Translations under genes and position numbers: made by a program | The notes under the pieces: model-generated | The model's database searches: none | Told to the model about the DNA's origin: nothing | Seen by the model: the letters and a program-made list of their open reading frames with translations, nothing else | Shown here: piece after piece, positions 53,849 through 64,000 of the stretch | Layout of the letters: each line of letters opens with the position of its first letter | Position numbering within the stretch: position 1 is the first letter of the stretch | From: Paramecium tetraurelia | Taxonomy: Eukaryota | Direction: 5' to 3' | Assembly (NCBI GenBank): GCA_000165425.1 | Contig: CT868574.1 | Location: forward strand, 186,001-250,000 | Length of the DNA stretch: 64,000 nt

Positions 53849-55663
53849 ATGCAAGAAAAGCTTAATCAATAATAAGACAATGTGCAAAACACTATCAAGT
53901 CATTGCAGGATAAGATCTAAAATATTGAGATTTGATAGAGAGGGGAAGTGATTGCATCATCATATAGTATGGATCACATAGTATAAAGATGAATAAAGCA
54001 AGCGGTAATTGGTGTGTTTATATTCTATATAGAGATGCTTCCTAAGAAATTCAGAAATTTGATAGGCTATAAAGTACAATCCTAACAAAAGCAAAGTTAA
54101 TCCACAGATCTCACTGTGATTGATGAAAGTCTTTTGATATTGGAACAAAAACTCATTTAGAAATGTGCATTAAAGGCTTAGCCTAAAAGCATGCGTGGAA
54201 AGCCTAGAGCCAAGATTGAAGTAGATTTACGTAACATCAGGGGATTCCTGGGCAAGAAGGAACAAAAATAGCCAGAATGCATTCTTGCTTAGATGATGGA
54301 GGATAAATCTGTTGTATTTGAGGACGACATATTTACAGGCGATTATTTGGTGAGACAACCGATTAAGCATGGATTTTTCAATTTAACTGATGGTTACAAT
54401 ATGCAAGATGTGATAGAAGATCTATACAAACTAACTCTATATGGATTGAGTTGCAAATTGGAAGTCAAAAATGTCTCTGATTACTATTGTATATTAGTAA
54501 TTCCAGATATCTTCCAAAGAGTGCAAGTGAAAATGCTGGTCGATATGATAATAAGACAATTGGGATTCAAAGGCATCTATCTACATTTGGAATCTGTCTT
54601 ATCAAGTTTCGGAGCTAATCTTTAGTAGTGTTGTGTAGTGGATATCGGATATGAGAAGATCAACATTACTTGTGTAGATGATGGAGTCATTTTGCCAGGA
54701 ACATATGTGAGAAAGAATTTCGGAAGTAAGGACATCGATTTAGTACTGATGAGGCAAGTTACAAAAAGAAATGCTTGTGATTAGGCTGTTCAATTGTAAA
54801 GCAACAATTATGGAGATCTACTCTAAATGGAAAAACTCAAAGAAAAGGCTTGCCAATTGACATAAAAGGAGGATAAACTCAATTACAATTATGAACTTCA
54901 TTGTTTAAGAAATTAAAAGGAAAAGAGGTTCTTTGTATAACACAATGATGGGTTGTACATCTCTGCAAATACACTGTTTGAATCAGAACCATTTAATGAA
55001 ATCAGAAAACAAGATATGCATGAATGTTTTGATTTTACAGGACGTCTTTTTGAAATGTAATATGATCCCGAAGACAATTTTGAAGAACTTAGTGGAGGAA
55101 TTCAGTTGTGTTGGTATTGGGGCTCAAAAGAAAAAGAATAATAATATTTCATAGAAGGAAATCAGATGTTGAATCCTAATTATATGATCCCTCTAGATCA
55201 TATGATTGCTTACTCCATTGCCTAAGTGTAGGATCCAGAAATCAGACAGAAATTAGCCAACAACATTCTGTTTACAGGAGGAGGAGCCCATCTCATTGAT
55301 CTTGTGGATGAAGTAGAAGCCTTATTGATTGAAAAGTTCTAAGTAATGGAACTCAATGAGATTGAAAGAGTAGAAGTGAAAACAATCATAAGAGATGTTA
55401 GGCCTATCAATATGGCATGGGTTGGAGCAACTGTCTTACCCAAAACAGAAAGTGTCAGTGAATTATGGATTACAGGGTCTAGATGGCTAGGTAATTTGGA
55501 ACCTCAGAAGGATGAATTGGAAGATATGATCAATTAATTTGATGGAGATGTTTAATAGTTGGAAAAAAAACTAATTGCTTTTGCAAAAAAAGACAAAGAA
55601 AAAGATCGAAGTTGTGAATACGGACTTAAACATCTGAAAGAGAAGATTCCCTTTATTTGGTGA
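53849..55663 (+). CDS. ARP8: Actin-related protein 8 (INO80 complex); 1-nt frameshift near codon 27
   Basis: CIIIQYGSHSIKM, VRQPIKHGFFN, YYCILVIPD, LHLESVLSSFGANLQQCCVVDIGYEKINITCVDDG, IPLDHMIAYSI, LANNILFTGGG, MAWVGATVL...ELWI, and the ARP8-type C-terminus LKEKIPFIW. Confidence 0.82.
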
Positions 55664-55701
55664 TTTGTTTAATTATTTATATTTAAATGCAATCAATCAT
55701 A

Positions 55702-58508
55702 TCAATCAGAATCTTCAAACAAAGCTCTCTGCATTCTTTAATTCCTTTGCTAAGTAGTTGTTGGTTTAGGTGCCTCAGGTTTCTTAGCTGGTTCAGGTGG
55801 TTTGACTTGTTACTATTAAATAGTAGGTCTTTAAGGTGGCTTCAGATCTTCTTCAGAGTCATCTTCAAACATGTTCTTCTTCATTTATGGCTTCGATTGA
55901 GGAGGGGCAACTTATTATTGCTATTACACAGAAGGTCTCGGTTGTCAACTATAATAATGAGATCTTACTCAACTCTCTATCCTGGCATAGGCAATTTAGG
56001 AACTGCATCTTCTTCTTCATCACTAAACATATTCTTTCTTTGTGGCTTAGCTATTGTGGGAGTGATTGCTGCTTAAACAGTTGTTGTCTAAGTGTTTGAT
56101 TTACCTAAGATACTTAATTATTGCTTACCTCCAAAGCCTGGAAGATTACTTATCTAAACGGGCTATTGTTTCTCTTTCTTACCTCCTCCTCCAAGAGGGT
56201 CATTAAAGAAGTTTGGTAATCCTCTAAATCAAATAAGTGAATGAATTACTTTTGTTCGAATTCTTTTCCAATATTCTTTTTTCCTAATGGGTCTTATTAT
56301 TAGGCTGGTTTATTCGAACTTAGACTTGGTAGCTATTGGGTAGGTTGACTGATTGTCACTTGGATATCCTTCTTTTCAGTTTTCACTTCCAAAGTTATTG
56401 GAACCTCAAAATCGGATTATTTACTCAATTTAATAGACTCTCTATATGATGTTCTATCGATGACTACTTCAGCCTTTTGAGCTTATTAGGTTCTCTCCTT
56501 TATAACAAAAGCTGGTTTAGTGGATTTCTTAGTAGAATCATCATCATCGAAGTCAAGTGCCTATCTTCCTCTAGCCTTCTTCTTCTATACAATAGGTCTT
56601 TCTGCTTATTGCTCAACAATTTTAGACTCGTGTTCCTTTTCATTTTTTTTAATATCCTTCATTGTGACTTATTCTCCAGGTGGTTTCATAAACATGTTCA
56701 AATTCAATCTATTTTGTAATTATTAAATGGAAGGTCGAACTTAAGGTTCTTCAGTTGGAACTGCAAGTTATTCTTCTTGTTTTACTGGAACTTGAGGCTG
56801 CTTTTTCTTTTCATCATCTGAATCTTCAAAAGCATTTCTTGCTGGTGTAAATTTAGGAGGAGGCACTTATTTTGGTTATTCTTGTTTTGGTTGTTATTGT
56901 TGTGAATAAATTGCAGCAATCTTGTCTGCATTTGCTTTTTAAAGATTCTCTTCTTCTGCCTCATCAAATAGTTATTTTTTTGGAGGAGGCTTAACACTTT
57001 GAACTCTGGGTTACACACTGAAATCAGGTTCTTCTTCTTCCTTTATGACAACAGCTGCTGGTTTATAATTTTAATCCTGTTTTGCAACTCCATCTGTCAG
57101 TAGGTTGTTGAATTTATTTTTGTTTGTGGTTGTAGATTTAAATAAACCACCATCATTATCATCGTCATCATCCTCGTCAAACAAACTCATCATCTTATCT
57201 TTTTCTTTTGCATATGTAGGTGCTCCAATTACACTGGGGGGTTAAAATACTTTTATTGGTTATTGTGGATTTCTTTATTCAGGAAGAGGTGGTTATTCCT
57301 ATTAATACTATTATTAAGTGTTGTAAATTGGCTATTGCTACTGTTACTGCTGTATAGTAGGAGGAATTTGCTCTCTCTTTTGTGAAATTAAACTATTTAG
57401 TTAATCTTAGAGAGTTTAAGGAGGTTGTTATTGCACTACTGGATTTTACACTTAAGGTTATGCGTATTAAAATTGTTGAGTAGAAGGAGGCAGAGGAGGA
57501 GGGGGAGGAGCATCAACCATTGTTGGTCTTTGTGTTTGAGGAGGAGGCATTGGTTGTTATCCTTATTGTGGTTATTGATATGGAGGTGCAAATGCTTGGT
57601 TAAAGGCTTCCTTTTATTGCTGGTCGGCAAATCCTAATGCTGAATTCATCATAGAATTGCCTAGAGCAGAGTTAGTGCGCGTGATGAATTAATTGTTATC
57701 TCCACCATATGAGATTTAAGATTGACCTTACATGATTGATTATCTAATCTGCTATTGAGGCTAAGGTTGAGCCTATTGAGGCTACTAATTGGCAAAGGCT
57801 TGTTGTTAAGGTTGTGCTTCCGATTACCTGTATACAGGGGCAGGAGCTGTTTGACGGACTGGCTCTTGAATGGGAGCTTCATCAAAGTCATCGAAAAGAC
57901 CTAAGTGTGGTGTGGAATAATACCAATAAATTTGTTATTGTTGAATTGGGGAGTACCAAACATGGCAGGCAACTTAACAGACTTACTTACAGTACCGCTG
58001 GTGGTGGCTGCAGAGAAGACGGAGATTGACTTATCATCTCTGTCATCAAATATGTCATCTAGGAAATTTGATAAAATTGTTTACCATCTTGTGCCATCTA
58101 TTACAAATCAAGAGATTGTAATGCTATGCCTAAGGCCTTGGTGTACTTCTGAGCAGTTGTGAGGCCTTCGTCTTTGTTCTAGGGTGGTGCTGCCTTCGGA
58201 GGAGCTTCTTGTGGAGGGGCCATTCTCTTTAATGATCTTTAAACAAAATACTTGTTCAGTAAAGCGACTATCGCTCAAAGTTAGAAATCTATTGAAGGCC
58301 TGGTTGATTTGAGCATGGATAGAGTTGGCCTAGTGTTGAACTGATCGGATATCGGATGACACAGCTCCGAACTTTGTAAGCAGATTGGTACTCATCTGAT
58401 CTAATTTATTGAAGGTCTAAAGTAAGTTAAGCTAATATAACATACTCTGTTATCTTGATCTAGGGTCCATTGATTGATTTGACTTCGCAATGTTGTCAAG
58501 TCACCCAT
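55702..58508 (-). CDS. WASHC2: WASH complex subunit FAM21/WASHC2-like
   Basis: Head domain MGDLTTLRSQINQWTLDQDNR...INQAFNRFLTLSDSRFTEQ resembles FAM21 WSL..D...VFNDFLMLSN.QF.E. A long Pro/Gln-rich tail carries repeated (L/M)F+acidic motifs: GLFDDFDE, SLFDEDDDDDNDGGLF, QLFDEAEEE, NMFSDEEED, NMFEDDSEED, ALFEDSD. Confidence 0.75.
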
Positions 58509-58536
58509 TTTAATTAAAAATTATATAACAATACAT

Positions 58537-59472
58537 TGAATATTCTCAATCTAGATCCACATAATCATAATTATTCAGTATCTTCATTAATTACACTAAG
58601 AATTAAAGCACCAAAAATCTTCTGGAACTTTATAGAGTCTAACTTAAACTTTTAAATCTATATACAAATTAAATATCAACAGAATCTACATACTCTATAA
58701 AAAGATGAAAATAGAACTTTTTAAAAGAATCTGGTTAATTGCATGATAGACTTCAGCCTAGGAAAATTTGAAGGATATCATCTTTATAGAGAATTAGAAA
58801 ATGAAATATAATGTTAAATGATAATCAATTAAGATGTAATAACCTATAATGTTGCCATTTTGAAAAATAGTTTTATAAATCAATTAATGAAAATTATAAG
58901 TGCTAAATAGTGGAATTGATTTAGAACAAATGAGAAAGAAACTAATAAAAATTAAATTAAATTGGAGAGGGATAGAAAGTAGATGAACAGAACTTGGAAA
59001 TAAAATTCAAAAAACAATTATATTTCAATAATCGAAATTGGAAGTATTTTTATTAAAATTTAATTGGAATTTATAAGTCTTGATATATTAAGAATCTCGT
59101 ATCAATATTATGTTAAAACAAGTATTAATGATCTAATAAATTAATTGAATACTCTACAAAGCATGAAATATATACTCAAAAAAAAGATTGCCGTTTTGAA
59201 AATTATAAATATTTCCCTAAGTTAATTCTAAAATAGGCATATTGATGTCAAATATCATAAAAATCCAATCTGTATGTAATTATCATAACTGCAGTTAGTA
59301 GCCTCACTTCTCCTAATTAATTTAATAAGGGATTTAATGTAGATAATTAGTTATTTAGGATTGGAATTAGCAGTTTATATAAAATATTTATGAGCCGAAG
59401 TTAGTATTTTAAAGAAGATAATTTAATTCCTCAATTTAGAGCATGTATCGTTATTGAGTCATTTATGGGATG
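58537..59472 (+). pseudogene. Possible decayed coiled-coil gene
   Basis: Two consecutive long TGA-free stretches (about 58537-58919 and 58924-59472) with coding-like composition, separated by a stop. No clear ATG and no recognisable motif. Confidence 0.3.
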
Positions 59473-59738
59473 AAATTAATATAAATTATCTTTTTACGAG
59501 ATAAGCTTGATTGAGTAATGTCAAAAATGAAAATTATTTTTTTTGACTTCTATTGTAACTTTTGTATTTGTTGTTTTTCAGATTAAATATTTTACTTTTA
59601 ATTTTTGAGTGCGTCTTTTATATAATTAAATAATGTTTTTTTTTCTTAGAAATTACATAGATATTCTTGGTATATATAATACAAAATTTGTTTATTCTTG
59701 AAGAATTTATATAATTATTTATTCACATACGTATTTCG

Positions 59739-61665
59739 ATGTTCAAATATCAAAAAAGAGAAGCATAATTCTGCAAGAATACTTCCAGAAATTTGTTCAC
59801 AAAGCTGGATTATTTTGCTTAGCGTCCCTAATTCTAAGTTTTAAAAAAGACTTCATTTAGTACAGCTTTTGGTTACTTACTCACGATTATGCTATCAACG
59901 ATTTGTGTATTCTATCTATATATATAAATGGATGAACTCACAAAGTAATCTAATCCGTAAGTCATCATTTCAGATAATCAACCCCTAAACACTCCAGTAT
60001 GAACAATTTATTTATATAAAATATAGGTAATATACTTATCCAGAAGCAACTTCACTTTTGTAATTAGTATTACAAATGCTCTCATACAATCTTTCGATAA
60101 AAATTTGAAATATTATAATCTGACTGTCAATCAATGTCACAGATAAAGAAGCTATGACGAAGTAAACAGTAAGGCGAATGTCACATTAGAGTATGATATA
60201 TCATAATAAAAAGGTGTTTTAATTACATGATAGAACCATGTAATTTGGAGAGGCATTTTGTAACAGATTTGTAAAAAACTTATTTCCAGAAGTTTAAATT
60301 ATCAACTATGTATTGTCTAAATCCTGAATAATGGGATCAACGACCAATAGTAATATATCAATTTAATTTTAGTAACTTTAAGGTCATTCATAAAGTGATA
60401 ACTTTTAATTTATAACGATTAACGTAAATCTCTGCAAAAACAGTACTTCTTACAAGGAATGCAGCCCAATGGAAGAAATTTAAAAGGGACTTGTAAGTTC
60501 TTACTATGCAATATATATGTCGGATGTCCTAATTAAAATGTAAAATCCTGGAAGACCCTACGATGATGTAATCACAATTTAAAATACTTAATTTTCTTAC
60601 GCCAAATCCCAACAACTGCATTCTCTGTTTAAGATAGCCAACACTTAAACTGATGTTGGTTTGATCAATAAAGATGTGTAAGTTGATGAAACTATTTTAT
60701 AATCTGCAACAAAAGAATACTCTGAGTCATATAATGGATACTATTTAGCTAACAATATTCTATATTTAGATTAAAGGGAAACCATATACTACAGATCGTA
60801 TATTAAACTGCAAACAATTTTGGGTAATGTCGGTGGTTTGTGGTAGATCATCTCTTTAGTGATTTCAGCTTTCTTTGGACCTATCTTATTTACATACATG
60901 AATCTATCACTTGTAAGCAAGTTCTTCAGAATCGAAGGCAATCAAACTAAGAATTTATTTGATAAAAAGATAATAAAGGATGATGAAATAAAGGAGATTA
61001 ACATGATGGCTTCAGATTAATAAACTAAGAATTTATCAATAATTCAAAACAGTGATCAAACTAAATTAAAATAGTATCTTAAGAAAAAGAAGAATCCTAT
61101 AAGTATCTCTTTTAAGGATGCATTGCTGATGCATCTGGGATGCTTAGGGAACAATTAAAAAATATATCGATTTGCTATTTAAAAGATAATGATGAAATTG
61201 GATGTGGCATACATCATTAAAAAATTGCATGAAATTGATAAACTCAAAAGTATTTTGATGACAAATGAATAGGTAAAGCTCTTTAATTATATTCCTAAAC
61301 CATTAATACCAACGGATATCTTTGATATTGGATTTAAAAAATAATACACTCCTAATTCTAATTAAGCAGAATCTATCTCCATTTTTGAAGAGGAGAAAAC
61401 GGAAATTTAAAAGTTGGAGGATTCATTCCATGCTTATTAGAAAATTAGATAAAAAGATAATCCATCTGATCTAGATTAAACTATTATAGGCCAGATGGAT
61501 GAAGAAATTAAAGCCTATTTCGAATGTATGATGAAGAAATAAAGTGGACTTATGTATCCTTTTTCTCCGAGATGTGATTCAATACCTTAAAGTCAAAGAG
61601 AGGAGGAAAATCTAATAATAAATTAAGAACCGTAAGCAGGAAAAGTATTAACAAGAAAGAAATGA
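59739..61665 (+). CDS. Ciliate-expanded two-TM protein with a large Cys-containing extracellular loop
   Basis: KLDYFAQRPQFQVLKKTSFSTAFGYLLTIMLSTICVFYL (TM1); loop containing MYCLNPE and VNLCKNSTSYKECSPMEEI; YYRSYIKLQTILGNVGGLWQIISLVI (TM2); cytosolic KLDVAYIIKKLHEIDKLKSILMTNEQVKLFNYIPKP. Three introns. Confidence 0.8.
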
Positions 61666-61899
61666 TATATCAATATAATTCAATATTACATCATTATTAT
61701 TTTCTACAGATTTCAATTATGAATCAAATTATAGAATTTTGTGGATACATATATATACACTAATTAATCAAAAAAGAAATAATTAATATTTATTGAATTA
61801 GAAAGTAATCAAAATGATTAGATAATAATCTTGAAAAACAGAATATTCAAATTAGCTTAATTTTAAGGAATCATTATCTCTGATAAATATTTATATATT

Positions 61900-62231
61900 T
61901 CATTATGTTTTGTAAAATAGGTATGCTGTTTTATCAATGTAAAAGTAGATAAATCTTCTTTTTTCATGAATGGAATGACATCCAAAATTTTTACCAAAAA
62001 ATACATGCCAATAGGGTTCAAAATTAGTATCCAGATACTTCTTTAGATGCTCTGCCATCTTAATATAAGTTATGAAACTGTTACCTTTTATCCATCTTTA
62101 GCTTCATATGTTTTCAAACAACTTTGTGTTTCATTTATTGCTCCTTCTAGAATATCATCAGGACAATCAGGTGGCCACAACACTCTAGCACCCAAGTACA
62201 TCCTATATTATGCTGTTGTTTGAGATGACAT
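61900..62231 (-). CDS. Dynein light chain type 1 (LC8 family, divergent)
   Basis: MAEHLKKYLDTNFEPYWHVFFGKNFGCHSIHEKRRFIYFYIDKTAYLFYKT; one 26-nt intron. Confidence 0.9.
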
Positions 62232-62463
62232 TTTTATTATTTAATTAATTAATTAAAAATATATTCATAGAAAACACAATTATTCAAATTTTGAAACCTT
62301 AAAAGTAAAAACTTATTCAATCACATTCTGAAATAATAGATTAAATAAGAATAACCTTAGAATTCTTAGAAGTACTATATAATCGTTGGCTTAATAACGA
62401 TTGGGTTAAATTTTGCCAATTTATTTAAAGTTAAATTTACTTAAAATGAAACATAAATACTCA

Positions 62464-64000
62464 TCATTCCCTTCCCAATACCAAGGATATTAGATCTCCA
62501 GCCAAAACTTCCTGGAAAATATTAATTAATTACTTCTACGAAAACAGAACAATCATTGTTTTGAGTATCATTTTTTGATAAGGTATAAATATGATTGTCG
62601 AATGAAGCAAAGATTGATCTATCAAAACCACAACTATATGATTTGAATTTCTTTTATGGCAAGATGCTATATTTATTAATCTTTTATACTTACTCTATTT
62701 GGTTTCTCTTGCAAGATTTAGCTGAATTTTTATTACTTACAGATTGTCCACATTAATTATATTTGTTGTAACCCCAAGAAAGGTATTGTTCGCTTTAATT
62801 ACTCTTACAAAACACTCTTACTACACAATGATAAGCACCTATTTAAAAATCTCTAAAATTATAAGAACATAATTGTTTACTTAATTTCATATTCGTTCTC
62901 AATATTAATCCTAATTGGATCTAATAAATGAATGATAATCTAGTCATCGAGCTCTGGGCATTTCAGAAACCCAAAGACTTCATGTTCGTTACACCCCCAC
63001 ATATAAAGGTTGTTTTCTAAGGAAAGTGCTGCAAAACAAGAATATCCTGCCTAGATTTACTTAGCCTTTAGATTTATCTTTCTAGGGACCAATTAACTAT
63101 TAGTTTAATCAGCACATTATAAATTAATGGCCTCTTTCTAAGCATTTAGCACCTTGATAATATTGTCCCCAAATAAGTTTTGCATCTTACCCCAAGTATA
63201 CACGTCCCCTAAATCAGATCGGCATATTGATATTTCTTGTCCTGCAGATATATCAACTACAAATATTTAATTATTCTTGAAATAAGAGATTTGTTAAGGC
63301 TACATAGAACTAATGGTCATTCCTAATTGATAATATTATTTGATGTTTACCATTTCCTAATTAACCGTGCTTATTGTATCCCCAAGAAAGTACATTGCCA
63401 TCCACAGTAAGTGCCAATGAATGGTATAATCCACAGGCTATTTTACTAATTGCTCTATCTGTGTTAATGTGATAAGGGGGACTAAGATCAAAATCTTTAA
63501 TTGGATCTACATCGAAATGTTAAGTAATGTTTTCATCATAGAAATTAAGTATGCTACCCCATTAACAGGCCTGGAATCTAGTACTCACCAGTGCCACTGT
63601 ACTAACACTCATATAAACACATACTCTTTTTTGATAGATACATTCCTTATTTATTATTTCTCCAGCAAAACCAAACTATAATCTTCAATTATAAGATAAC
63701 TTTTATCTTCCTCATTTACAATCTATTTTATTTAGAATAGTTCTAAAAATTGATTTGAATCCTCGATTAGGACAGAACTAATAGTCCCTTACAGATAGAG
63801 AGAAAGAGGCTCAGAATATTTAACATATAATTTGATTGGACATAATTCATGATCAGATGACCAACCATATTTATTTTAGGCTTCAACGGATAAGTAGACC
63901 ATTTCATTGAATGGTAATTCGCCTTTAGTTAAAGGGTGATTTCTTGTAAAGGTTAGTGTTTACTATTAAACTTACTCTTTGTTGTTCTGAAATTCGAGCA
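62464..64000 (-). CDS. RCC1-repeat protein preceded by an FN3-like segment; 5' end outside the window
   Basis: YLSVEAQNKYGWS (FN3-like strand); [73 protein letters not shown]. Confidence 0.85.

Noticed and set aside
56760..57900. Repetitive TTG/TTA/GGA tracts resembling a tandem repeat or CRISPR array
   Set aside because: They are Gln/Pro codon runs in the FAM21 tail on the minus strand, with no constant repeat-spacer period.

Overview
This window is AT-rich, gene-dense eukaryotic DNA from a ciliate macronuclear chromosome, most likely Paramecium. Three features support this: TAA/TAG read as Gln with TGA the only stop (genetic code 6), introns are tiny (about 21-30 nt, GT(A)...(T)AG), and intergenic gaps are often under 50 nt. 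The supplied ORF track treats TAA/TAG as stops, so it shows only fragments. Translating by hand with code 6 gives about 31 genes. Recognisable ones are a WD40-cyclophilin (PPWD1-like), a giant Cys-rich multipass membrane protein with two frameshifts, SAS6-like, a roughly 2,900-aa anoctamin + degenerate kinase + helical-repeat fusion interrupted by one in-frame TGA, RTF2, an ankyrin protein, a CAMK-type kinase, an EF-hand calpain, an AK8-like adenylate kinase, a C2H2 protein, Ste24, phosphatidylserine decarboxylase, a carbonyl reductase, citrate synthase, a CNBD channel with a degenerate pore, an inositol 5-phosphatase, a metallo-beta-lactamase/cNMP phosphodiesterase with a 1-nt frameshift, a candidate TFIIIC subunit, sedoheptulose-1,7-bisphosphatase, a BTB/MATH protein, ARP8 with a 1-nt frameshift, FAM21/WASHC2, a 2-TM ciliate family protein, a dynein light chain and an RCC1-repeat protein. 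I saw no rRNA, tRNA, CRISPR array, transposon or telomere. All calls come from manual translation and motif recognition; no database searches were run.
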